DNA of 63,456 nucleotides, counting the filler, from Olpidium bornovanus S191 (Eukaryota > Fungi > Olpidiomycota), in the NCBI GenBank assembly GCA_017911155.1. It is 30 parts of 30 records of this genome, joined end to end, with 100 filler letters (N's around TTAATTAATTAA, not from the genome) between each part and the next. Parts side by side here need not be neighbours in the genome. Positions count along the whole stretch, not along the records: positions 11,054 to 13,159 come from JAEFCI010011563.1; positions 13,260 to 14,897 come from JAEFCI010009984.1; positions 14,998 to 16,516 come from JAEFCI010000754.1; positions 16,617 to 18,036 come from JAEFCI010012261.1; positions 18,137 to 19,774 come from JAEFCI010010653.1; positions 19,875 to 21,593 come from JAEFCI010000330.1; positions 21,694 to 23,474 come from JAEFCI010007750.1; 23 more parts are not named here. One strand, written 5' to 3'. Below the pieces are notes generated by a model that searched no databases, had not been told where the DNA came from, and saw nothing but the letters and a program-made list of their open reading frames with translations. Shown one piece after another: positions 11,555 to 22,257 of the stretch (position 1 is the first letter of the stretch; the number at the start of each line of letters is the position of its first letter). The position numbers and the translations under genes are program-made.

Positions 11555-13159
11555 TGAAAGACTTTTACTTCACAGAGCGTGGCAGTGGCCGAACGGGGAC
11601 GAGGACGGGAAGACAAGGACGGCGCCTTTTAGAGGGAAGACCGGGAACTCCTTTTGTTTGGAGCTGTTCGCCGAGTTGTGGAATCTCTACGGAATACAGG
11701 CCTATTTGTACCTCAAAGGTGTTGCGAGTTTACAGAGGGAGGAAAGGGGTGAACGGGGGGATTTCCGCCGGAGCCACGCGGGCACAGTCCCCCTTTGTTT
11801 CAACACCCCACCTCTCCTAGGAAATCTATATCCCATGGTCACTTGATTTTCCTCCGTCCGGTCTACGTTTGCCTTTCTTGCTGTAAATCTTGGACGGTTA
11901 GTCGTTGCACGGCCCTATCCCGATCATTCCCCGAAACTTGGTGAACTTGACTTTGTCCAGCGGCTTTGTGAACATGTCTGCCGGGTTTTCTGCGGTTTCG
12001 ACTCTCTGAATTTGGATCTCGCCATCCGCTGCGCACCATCTCAGGTGGTGGTATTTGATGTCTATGTGCTTCGACCTTCGTGAGGCCTTGTTGTCCGCGG
12101 CAAGTTCTGCGGCTCCCGTGTTGTCTATCATGAGTGGTGTTGGGCCGTTGGTCATCAAGGAGACCCCGCATATTATGGACCTCAGCCAGACAGTTTCCTG
12201 TGCTGCCGCTGAACCCGCGACGAACTCTGTCTCACAGGTAGATGTTGCAACGCACTTCTGGCGCGCCGATCTCCATGACACTGGTCCGTTGCCGTAAAGA
12301 GCGATCAAGCCGGTTGTCGACGCTCGTGTCGCGCGGCACCCAGCCCAATCTGCGTCGCTGAACGCGATCAATTCCGGCTCCCCTTCCATGAAATGGATCC
12401 CGTAGCGTGGAGTCCCCGCGAGGTAGCGCAGCGCTCTCTTGACTGCTCCTCAGTGTTTAGCGCTTGGGGATGCAACGAATCGGGACAAGAAGGACACGGT
12501 GAATGCCAGGTCGGGTCTGGTCATGGTAGCCAACCACATGAGCGATCCGATGGCTTCTTGGTATCGTTTAATGCCTCCTTCTCCGTTCTTTTCTTTGTCG
12601 CCAGCCATGGTCATGGTCAACATTTCGAGGGCCCCCGCTTCTAAGGGGGTTGCGACGGGCTTCACGTTCTGCATATTGAACCTTTCGAGGACGGCTTTGA
12701 CGAAATGTTCCTGGTCCAGGACGCGTCTCCCCTTGCTCGTAGTTATTCTGACGCCAAGTATGAAGGAGAGGTCCCCGCCCTCGGACATTTTGAATTTTTG
12801 AGCGAGTAATTCCTCAAATTTCTTGATGACCTTAGTGTCAGGCCCCGTCAGAAGGATATCATCCACATATACCGCCATGATCAGGGTGATTGCTTGGTTG
12901 GTCCGTAGGACGTAGATGCAAGGCTCTGTTGGGAGCTGCGTAAGGCCAAGGTGGAGGAGTTCTTTGTGTAGTTCATGGTTCCAGACCCTGCCGCTCTGTT
13001 TTAACCCGTACAAAACACGGTGCAGTCGGCAGACGGCATCCCCATGCTTGAATCCTTCGGGTTGTTCCAGGTAGATTTCCTCCTGAAGTTTCCCGTTTAG
13101 GTAAGCGAGCACCACGTCTCGTTACCTAATTGTCCATCCCTTTGCGGTGGCCATGGCGA
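11555..13159 (-). mobile_element. 3' part of a Ty1/copia retrotransposon: RT and RNase H pseudogene, PPT, 3' LTR
   Basis: RT motifs LYGLKQSGRVWN and YVDDILL; RNase H motifs FSDADWAG, STCETEF and SKHIDIKYH. Premature stops at 13122-13124 and 12450-12452. [16 protein letters not shown] (11806-11819) abuts TGTTG at 11805. The LTR far end (about 11555) is tentative. Confidence 0.93.
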
Positions 13160-13259
13160 NNNNNNNNNNNNNNNNNNNNNNNNNNNNNNNNNNNNNNNNN
13201 NNNTTAATTAATTAANNNNNNNNNNNNNNNNNNNNNNNNNNNNNNNNNNNNNNNNNNNN

Positions 13260-13660
13260 AGCGCTGAGGGGTCATCCGGGAGAGGTCGCGCGCGCGGAAG
13301 ACCCCCCGCAACCGCTCCTTCGCCTCAGCCCAGGGTTTGCCAGCAACCGCTGCAGCCACGCGCTCTTCGCAGTCCTCATGCGCGGTCAGGTGGAAGTACC
13401 TCAACAGCTCGGAGTCGGTCAACTCCCACTGCCGCACCGCAACCTCAAACTTCCGTAGATACTCTGCCACGTTCTCTTCCTGAAACAAGCCGTTCTCCTT
13501 GGTGTACTGGACCACCGCCGCGCGAACTTCCGACGACCGCATCTGGGCCACCAACGCTCGCACGTCCAACGTGGCCATCGTCGGCTGTGCGCCCGACAGC
13601 TCCTCGTCACTTACCTTCCCGGCCTTCAAGCTCCTGCCCAAGAGCACCAATTTGTCGGGT
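13260..13660 (-). mobile_element. LTR-retrotransposon gag fragment, probably Ty3/gypsy, with a possible PBS
   Basis: FQEENVAEYLRKFEVAV...W ELTD...PWAEAKERLRGVF has a retrotransposon gag pattern. Upstream, ...CCCGACA + AAT + TGGTGCTCTTGG (13633-13660) looks like an LTR end plus PBS. Confidence 0.6.
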
Positions 13661-14199
13661 AATAACTTGACCCGACGTGAGTTCGCAGGTTGCTGTTGAG
13701 GATAGCCCGAGGCTTTATCGCTGCCGGGCGGCAAGGGACTTCTCCGCTGTCGGGCACGCGTGCCCTCTGTAGGCCTTCAAAGGAGCCTCCGATCGTACGG
13801 GTGCCCAGCCGAGGTTCTCGAACCCGAGGAGCGCGCCAACCCTCCACCGTAGAGGGTCACGGTCGCACGGCGTCCGGACCAAACGTTTTGTTACCTGCTC
13901 AAAGATTCCTTCGTTTGTTTTTATTTGGTGTGGTTTGTCCGGTGGGACTGGGGTTTTTCAACGGGAGAGAGGGGGGGGGGGGAACAAAAGGGCTCCGTTC
14001 GGGCGCCCCGGCCGCCAGGGCAAGAAATCGCCCGACAACGGCAGAGCCGGCGCCACCGGTGGAAGTACCCTGCAAGACGCGTCTGCCACCAAGGGCATGC
14101 TGTGCAGCAACTCTGGGGACGCGCCGGCGTCCGGCCGCAGCGCCAGCGCCGTTACACGACCTCTGGCTCCAAGAACGACCTCAGGAGAGGTGCGCCCCG

Positions 14200-14897
14200 C
14201 CCTTCGGGACCCTCGAGATGCCCCTGCACCAGCAGGGAAGGCCAGCAACACCGGCGGCGGACCTTCTGCCGGCGCCACCCAAGATCGCCATGGTCGCCAT
14301 GCCGTGCCTGCAGCACAGGGGAAAACCACAACAACGGAGGTCCCCCAGACTCAAAAGACGTGTTTCCCTGAGCCCCCAAGACCGCCGGCAGTCCCAGCGG
14401 GTCATAGGCAAGAAGAACGCCATCCAGAAGGGCAAGGACGTCAAGGAGGAGCCGGTGCGCCGCCCGGCAGGTTCCCCGCCTGAAAATCAGAAGTACGACG
14501 TCAAGGCACTCGGTTCGCTCGACGCGTTCCGCAGTCGCAGCTCAACGTCAAGAAGAACGTCGACGCCAACGAGAGCTTGACGACCTACGCCTCAAGCTGA
14601 GAAGAACTGAAGAGGACAAGAAGCGTGCCCAGGAAAACGCCGAACGAGAAAGAGCCAAGGCGCTTGAGGCCGAATACGACCTCGAGCAAGTTTTTGAGGA
14701 GGTCTGTGATCAGAGCGACCAAGATGCCGTCAGCGACGGGGAAATCGAGCTCAATGACTCGATCGCCATCACCCAACGCCGCCGGCAAGCTGAGGAAGAA
14801 GAAGAGATCGAGAGAAGCGCCTACTTCGACGCCATGCCGTCTACACCCGCCCAGCCGGTGATTATGCGCACAGCAACGACAACTGCGCCACACTCGA
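14200..14897 (+). pseudogene. Broken charged coiled-coil ORF, possibly a TE structural protein
   Basis: One frame gives SRHSVRSTRSAVAAQRQEERRRQRELDDLRLKLRRTEEDKKRAQENAERERAKALEAEY...; upstream continuity needs a frameshift or stop read-through. Family not recognised. Confidence 0.3.
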
Positions 14898-14999
14898 NNN
14901 NNNNNNNNNNNNNNNNNNNNNNNNNNNNNNNNNNNNNNNNNTTAATTAATTAANNNNNNNNNNNNNNNNNNNNNNNNNNNNNNNNNNNNNNNNNNNNTG

Positions 15000-15185
15000 G
15001 GGGGGGAGGGATTTTCATAAAACAAACAACAAAAAGCACAGAAAAAGCAGAAAGGGATCACTGAAAAAGAAGTTAGTTGCAACTTGCCGCACCGTTCTTG
15101 GTGAACTTGTCGAGCATGGCAAACCCTCGAACTCCGGCGACGCGACACCAAGGGCCGGGAACAAGGATCCGGGTCGGGGCTGAGT
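15000..15185 (-). repeat. Dispersed repeat, copy A (homologous to 16810-17010 +)
   Basis: Shared blocks GGCCCT(T/C)GGTGTCGCGTCGCCGG, CAAGTTC(A/G)CCA, GTGCG...CTAAC...TTTTCAGTG and TTCTGC..TTTCTGTG..TTTTGTTGT in two independent contigs. Confidence 0.8.
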
Positions 15186-15983
15186 TAAAAAAAAGTAGGG
15201 GGGCGGGGACGGGGGCGTTAACGCCTTTTATATCCCCGGGGGCCGGGGGGGGGGGGCGGGGAACGCGGAACGGGAGGGCGGAGAAGGGGAAAGGGGGAAC
15301 GGGGCGGGGGGACGAAACGGCGGCTCCCATTTTCTGCGCATGAATGGGGGGATGAGTTGCACGCACTAACGTGACAACCGGGCTCCCCGGCGGCCCCCCC
15401 CCAAAGAAGACCTCCGAGCTCGCGCGAAAAAAACCAAACCACCCGCTCGGAACGGCGAGTTTGAACGCGTGCGCGCGCCCGCCGAGCCCCGAGAAGCAGG
15501 GCCGCGATCTTCGCCGGATCCTGATCTCGGACCAAAGCGTGGTACCTCGGGCGCGCGCCGCAGTGGAGAGGAGGACGGCGCAGGGAGGGCTGGGGGGGGG
15601 GGGTTTACGGCGGGGAAGATACAAAAAAGAGGAAGAAACGTTGGCAGAGACGGAAACGAAGCAGAGGTGAGGGGCTAAGCCTGGGAGCGGCGACCTCGGC
15701 CGGAGCGCGATTTCGGCTGGGCCGATTTTCCGACCGGAACGGTATTATTGACCGCAGCCCGACGTCGGACGCGTAAAAGATCTCAACCGGAGGAGAACTT
15801 TGAGGTAGGGGGGAAGGGGGGGGAAGGGGGGTCTACGGCGCTGGAGAGAAAAGACCGCGCAAAAACGCCAGAAGGGGGAAGAGAGGGAGGGCCGCTGAAA
15901 ACGGGGCAGCGGTGAGAGCAGGGCCGGCGCCGCGCTCGGCAGGAGCAGAGGCGAGAACGGAGACTGAAAGCGTCAGGGAGCGA

Positions 15984-16190
15984 GCGCGATCTTGGCCGCG
16001 GCGCGATCGTGACCTGGTCGCGATCTTCACCGGAGCGTGATCTCGACCGGCGCGTAATCTTCACCTGTGCGTGATCTTCACCGATGCGTGATCTTGACAT
16101 CTTCACCGGGGCGTGATCTCGACCGGCGCGTAATCTTCACCGGGGCGTGATCTTTACCGGGGCGTGACTTTTGACCGTGGCGTGATCTCG
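15984..16190. repeat. 17-bp minisatellite, about 12 degenerate units, consensus GCGTGATCTTCACCGGG
   Basis: Directly visible head-to-tail units with no spacers. The dimer GCGTGATCTCGACCGGC-GCGTAATCTTCACC recurs twice. Confidence 0.9.
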
Positions 16191-16775
16191 TTGCCTCGGA
16201 CTACTCTACCATTCTCCAGAGTTGACGGTGCTCGTGTATTTTTGCCCCTTTATGCCGAAGTGAAAGAGAGCGGGGAAAATTGTGTGAGGCTCGCCGATAC
16301 GCAGTATATGTACGCCAGACTGCTGCTACTACACACGATGCTCGTTGTCAACTGTAAAGGGCGGTGCATTTGAACTTGCGCAAACGGGTTCATCAAATGC
16401 CGAAAAGTATAGCCCCGTGATCCGGAAGGGTACGACTCAAAGATTTGCCTATTGCGCCCGGTATCGTCTGGTTAATGGATGCCAAGATCTGGAAACTTTT
16501 TTATTCAAAAAAAAAANNNNNNNNNNNNNNNNNNNNNNNNNNNNNNNNNNNNNNNNNNNNTTAATTAATTAANNNNNNNNNNNNNNNNNNNNNNNNNNNN
16601 NNNNNNNNNNNNNNNNGGGGGAGGGGGGCGCGGTTTCCGCCGCCTGCAAAACGGTCCGCCGCCCGGCCTTTGGCCTTTTTTGTTAGCGTCAAGAGAGCCT
16701 CTCGGGCTGGCGGCGAATGTTCGCAGACGCGTCGGCGTCGGCAGTCGGCGCCCGCGACGCGGGGCCTCGCGCGCT

Positions 16776-16809
<34 letters not shown>

Positions 16810-16812
<3 letters not shown>

Positions 16813-17010
16813 CCTCACCCCTTCCCGATCTTCGTTTCTGGCCCTCGGTGTCGCGTCGCCGGGGTCCAAGACTTGCCAAGCTCGCTCCCAAGTTCGCCGA
16901 AGTTCCTCAAGTTCGCCATGGACGGGTGCGCCGCGCTAACCACTTTTCAGTGCCCCCCTTCCCCTGCCCATTCTGCAATTTTCTGTGTGTTTTGTTGTTG
17001 CTTTTCTTTT
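16810..17010 (+). repeat. Dispersed repeat, copy B (homologous to 15000-15185 -)
   Basis: Same blocks in the same order as copy A. Confidence 0.8.
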
Positions 17011-17569
17011 TTCTAATAAAAAAACCCCAAAAAAGTCAGAAAAATTACAAAAACACAAAAAGATATGTGCCCGCCTCCGTTCCTTTTTCTGTGCTTTCGC
17101 CTTTTTTTCAAAAAAAAAACCAAAAAGTATAAAATAATAAAAAGACAAAAAGATATGTGCTTTCCCCACGCCCAACCCCCCCCCGCCCTTCTTGTTCTGT
17201 TTTTTTTTCCTTTGTTTCGCTCGTTCTTTTTACAGAATACGACAGACTCCACCGCGGCGCGACACCGGAGGTCAGGACGTGTCGGGGTACCCAAAAAGAA
17301 GGCCCAGCACCGTTGGGGTGCAGGCTGCCGTCCGAACCGCGTGGGCGTGCTTTTGGGCTTTTGGCACGCGAGTTCGGGCGGAGAACGGCTTACCTCGCCG
17401 AAACTACGTGAGGGCTCGGGGTCGGCCGCCGCAGCCCGGTCGGCCCCTGGGTGAAAATCCGCTTTCCCCGCTTTTGCCGCGCCCAGGCCAGGGGCGCGGC
17501 GTTAGCATAAAGTCGCCGATGATGAGGGAAAGTCGGATCAAATTATCTGATCTGAGGCGCAACCATCTT

Positions 17570-17833
17570 TTTAATGCAGCCCTGGTGCTCTCTCCTGAGC
17601 CCAGGACGGTCCCAAGCCCGTGTAAATGCAAAGGGAAAAGAATACTTGGTTGTTTTTTTTCTTTTCGTTTTCCGTGCGGTTAAAAGGCGGGCGGCGGGGC
17701 GGCGGAGTTTAATGCAGCCCTGGTGCTCTTACCTGAGCCGGACGGTCCCAAGCCCGTGTAAATGCAGAGGGAAAAAAAAATACTTGGTTGCTTTTTTCTT
17801 TTCGTTTTCCGTGCGGTCAAAAGGCGGGCGGTG
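17570..17833. repeat. Tandem duplication of an approximately 127-bp unit (17570-17696 and 17708-17833)
   Basis: Both copies read TTTAATGCAGCCCTGGTGCTCT...GGACGGTCCCAAGCCCGTGTAAATGCA...TTTTCCGTGCGGT.AAAAGGCGGGCGG. Confidence 0.95.
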
Positions 17834-18136
17834 TGTGGCGCCCTCCGCCGCCCCGCCGCCCCTTTCCTGGCGTTCGATTATTTATTTTGTGTTAAATAAA
17901 TCCGCTGTCACAATGATGTCACGATGCCGTGGGCGGGGGCCGGCGGGGAAAACGCCGGGGGATAGACTCAAAAAGCCGTCCGGCAGCGAGGAAAAAAAAA
18001 ATCAGAGTAAACACAAAGTCGCCGCCGTTGCATGGANNNNNNNNNNNNNNNNNNNNNNNNNNNNNNNNNNNNNNNNNNNNTTAATTAATTAANNNNNNNN
18101 NNNNNNNNNNNNNNNNNNNNNNNNNNNNNNNNNNNN

Positions 18137-19692
18137 TCGACCACCGACCGCACGGGGAGTTGCGCGAGGCACTCCGCCAGCAGCAGCGTGGCCGGCGTGG
18201 CCACCGGGTGGACGAGATCCGAGGTCGAGAACACGCCCGCCAGGAACCTGAACATGAGCAAGTCTCCGGCTGACGGCCATGTGCGCGATTTCGTTAACGC
18301 CGACTGAACGTCTTTCAGCCGCCTCGTCAGCAGCCGTGCCGCCGCGTCCGGAAGGCTGACCGCCAGCTCGGTGATGTGCCGGTACAGGGGTTCGAGGTCT
18401 TTCAGCGGGACGGACGAATTGGCGGACGCAATCCCAGCGACGTGATCCACTAGAAGCTCCAAGAAGTGCTGCGCGGCCGGCAAGCGGGAGTTCCGCAATT
18501 TAGGACAGCCCGGGCTTCATTCAACCGTCAATGTGCGCGAAAGTTTCCGCAGCGACGAGCACACTGACCTCCATCTTTTCTTTATTCTCGGCAGCGAGCT
18601 TGATGTGATAAAGCACCCTAATACGGTGGACTATGGTGGCCTGGTCATCGAGCGACCGATGGACCGCAAAGATCTCGCCAAACTGCTCCTTCGTTGTCGG
18701 CGCCGGGAAAGCGAAGGGCAGCTCGGCCTTCGCTCCTTCCGCGCCAACGGACGGCTTTTGCAACTTCTGCTTCTTCGGCACACGCGGCGCCGCAACCAGC
18801 CGGCCTGCGGTGTAGTCATTGTCCACCTCGTCATAATCAACGCCAACGGGATTGGCGCTCTCCGCTTCGCTTTCCGCTTCGCTTTCTCCTTCACCACCGT
18901 CCTCCAAGTCCAATTCCTCGTCGCTTTCATACAAGTCCGAGGCGTCCTCGTCCTCGTCCGCCTCTTCTTCACAAGCTTCCTCGTCTTCTCCGTCGCCGTC
19001 CTCGCTCTCATTCTCCGCTCCGCTGTCGTCTTCGTCCCTCGCAGCCGCACTTTGAATCTGCTCGACCGTGAGGCCCTTGCCAAGGGCAGCCGACTCCAGC
19101 ATCTCCTCGACGGCAAAGTCGTCGCCCAAGTCATCAGCTTCGGGGGCACGCTTACTCCGCTTGCCACCTCGCCGAACGTCCTGATTTTCCTCTTCAGATT
19201 CGGAGTCGAGGCCGTCCATACGGCGTTTACGGGCACGCTGTTGTAACAAACAATGGATACTAATGAGCAGCCTGAAAGGCCAAAATGTCGAGTAAGCAAA
19301 AATTCGATATCAAAGCTTTGCAAAAAACTCACTTCGGCCTTCTCGAGCGCCTCCTTCGCCTCGGCCGCCATCTCCTCCTCCGTCTTCATGCGGTCAGTGG
19401 GCTTGGACCTCCTGTCCAGGGCCAATTCCCTCACAAACTGGTCGTAGTCGTCGTTTTTGTCCTTTTGCTCGCTTTGCGGCTCCGGGATCTCCTCCGCATC
19501 CTCCGCTCGAAGTTTTTCCAGAAGGGCCATGTTGATTCCCTTACTGGCTGCCTGCTCCTGAGGTGGCAGCGGCTGGCGCTTGGGCGCCGGAACGCTCGAG
19601 CTCTCTGCAAGCAGGCCGCGGAGCTCGGCGAGCTCGTCGTCCAATTCGCGAACCATGTCCTCATCCTTCTCGTGTTGCATTTGACGCTCGTA
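18137..19692 (-). CDS. NOP14: Nucleolar protein 14 (SSU processome), internal fragment
   Basis: YDQFVRELALDRRSKPTDRMKTEEEMA, an acidic tract, ELPFAFPAP, RIRVLYHIKLAAENKEKME and FSTSDLVHPVATPA appear in Nop14 order across three exons. Confidence 0.9.
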
Positions 19693-19964
19693 CTGGAGGC
19701 AGGCGGTGGAACAGAGGGAAAACGACCAGGACGATGAGCTCAGTCGTGTTCGGCCGCGATGACGCAAAAGAAAANNNNNNNNNNNNNNNNNNNNNNNNNN
19801 NNNNNNNNNNNNNNNNNNTTAATTAATTAANNNNNNNNNNNNNNNNNNNNNNNNNNNNNNNNNNNNNNNNNNNNAAAATAAAAAAAAAAAAGAGAGAGAA
19901 AGAAAAACCTCACACCGCACACACCCTCCCCCTAGCGCCCGCCGAAGAAGAGGGAACGAAAACA

Positions 19965-19967
<3 letters not shown>

Positions 19968-20028
<61 letters not shown>
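19968..20028. repeat. (AG)n microsatellite ending at a start codon
   Basis: About 30 AG units run directly into ATG 20029. Confidence 0.95.
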
Positions 20029-20032
<4 letters not shown>

Positions 20033-20968
20033 GCGGCGGAGGAGTAAAGCGCGGACCGTCGCTCGCGGCGCGGTTCAAAAATTTCAGGAAGAACTACTTG
20101 CCCGTCGAGGCGTACCCCATGGTCGTTCTGGTGGCCGGCGGCTTATCCGGTGAGACCCCTTTCTTTCTTTCTCTCCGCGCCCGCCACGTCTCTACTACCC
20201 CCCCGCCCAACCCTCTCTCCGCCATCCCCATCTCCTCCCCCCCCGCGCCTCTGTAAAACATCGGCGTGTTTTGTTCGCCGTGCAACTTTTCCGACAAAGC
20301 CCGTCGTCGACAGCGCCGGATGTGTGGCGCGCGGCGCGCGTCATCGCGCGGCCGGAACGCGCGCACCCCCCCCCCCTTCCTTTTGCCCGCTCCGCGTTTT
20401 TGCCGTTCACGCCCGGTCCTGCGGTCGAGAGCCTGGTTTTTCAGTCCGTTTAACGCGTGTGTCATCCGGTGGTCCTCCACCCGCCACCCCTGCTCTTCCC
20501 CCTTCCCCTTTTCGCGCCTCCGTCCTTGGCCGCGCCCGCAGCTATGTTTGGAGTGTTGGGGTACAAGGTGAGTTTGCGACGCTAGGAGAACGTAGCGCGG
20601 AAACGTCCCCGATGCCAGCGCGCGTCGGGTTCTTTCTTCTCATAGGCGTTTCGCAGCGGTTCGCCCTTTCGTATTCTCTGTCGCGCCTCGGCAGGGCCGC
20701 TTCGGGCGATATCGTTCCCACTTCTGAGGCCCCCCCCCGTCTCCCCGCCCCCTCCTCCCCCTGTTTTTTTTATTTCCTTTCCGCCACAAAACGGGCAGTG
20801 TGGGAAGAGGGGTGGGGGAGAAAGCGCTATTGTTCCGTTTACTGGTTTTGACACCGCGGCACCTACCCACAGATTGCGACCGACACGGATATCAGGAAAC
20901 CGCCGTGGGTGGGCAAGAAGTATAAGGACTACGACCCGCGCAGTGATACCAAGGAGATTGAAGCGTGA
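20029..20968 (+). CDS. 80-aa single-TM NDUFA4/B12D-family mitochondrial microprotein
   Basis: join(20029-20149, 20542-20567, 20873-20968) = 243 nt, all GT-AG. Protein: MGGGGVKRGPSLAARFKNFRKNYLPVEAYPMVVLVAGGLSAMFGVLGYKIATDTDIRKPPWVGKKYKDYDPRSDTKEIEA*. The P(V)E(A)YP-TM-D(T)DIR pattern fits the family. Confidence 0.75.
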
Positions 20969-22257
20969 AAAGAATCGCGGTTCACGACGGTGGACTTGTC
21001 GTTCGAGTTCCCGGAGTCCGGCGGCACCGTTTGCAAAATGACACGTTCGGCGAGTCAAATCGCGGAGGAATTTTCGAAACTACTTCCTTTATGCACCGAA
21101 GGGCCATCGCTGGCGGTCGGACGCCTCGCGCACTTGGTTTCACCCTCCTGCAAATATGTAAACGAGTAATCGTATTATGAAAGCGAGAAACGCAGGAGAA
21201 CTAAATCCCCCCTGTTTCTCGTGCGTTGCGATTAGTATCACTGCCGATTGCGGAGTCCCGGCATTGCGGTCCGCTTGCGGAAAGTCTGCGACCGCCAATG
21301 GCTAATGTTTGCAGTTGCGATCAGTGTGTGACTTTCCTGTCGTGTGAACTACTCTGCTGGCACTTCCTGACGGGCGGTTTGTTCCCCGAGGAGCTGTTTG
21401 ACGATGTCACCGACGCACCCCTACGTTGCCTACAGTCGCGCAGCTTCTATTTGTAATTCCCCCAGCTGCGGACATGCCCGGCATTTTGCGTCTTGCGGAC
21501 GACTCCGTTTTCCGACTTATTCGGGCCCCACACCAAGATGTTGCGGCGATGAACAACGAACTACAATCACGCCGTTTGCCACTCAAACAGTGGNNNNNNN
21601 NNNNNNNNNNNNNNNNNNNNNNNNNNNNNNNNNNNNNTTAATTAATTAANNNNNNNNNNNNNNNNNNNNNNNNNNNNNNNNNNNNNNNNNNNNCATGAGT
21701 TTGGACTCCAGGCCAGCCTCAATCTCGGCGGCGGGCGTCCGTCGGCCCGCGCAAGGATGATATCATTGACGCAGACGGCCTGAAGAACACAGCGGAACGC
21801 CCGCGCTTTCGAATTCCCAGTTCCCTTTTTGCGCCAGGCCTTCTCACGGCCTCGCCGCGGGATTTCTTTTTTCCCCCTCCTCCTCCGGTTCCAAAAGTCA
21901 GCATCTTCCCCGGCCGCTCCCGCCCACCCCCCCCCTTTTCTTAACTTCCCCCGGACTCGCAAACCCAGCAGTTCTCCACAAAAAAAAAAAAAAAAAAAAA
22001 AAACGCGCTTCACCCTCCGCCCGCCTGCTTGCCGCCCCCGCCCCCGTGGCCTTTCGCAGTGCCCGGCGGACGGACGGGGCGGGCCAGAAAACGGGCCTCA
22101 GGAGGGCGCGCGGGGAAGCGGGGGAGAAGGGGCGGGGGAGGGCGGTGCGCAAGGTCGGACGTTTTGCTGGAGGGAGGACGGGGCCGCTGTCAAAGCCTCC
22201 GCCGCCGCCACCAACACCACCACCACCCGCCCCCGCCGCGAGGCCAGGGTGGCAAGG

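Noticed and set aside
12450-13124. Stop-codon reassignment (TAA/TAG=Gln or TGA=Trp)
   Set aside because: In-frame stops occur only in decayed elements. Intact genes end normally at TAG (ARL1), TAA (molybdate transporter) and TGA (NDUFA4-like, SYCP3-like).
15984-16190. CRISPR-like array
   Set aside because: Units are 17 bp, contiguous and degenerate, with no unique spacers and no cas genes, in a eukaryotic context.
17728-17735. CTTACCTG as a U1 snRNA 5' end
   Set aside because: No U1 stem-loops or Sm site follow, and the duplicate copy has CTCTCCTG instead.
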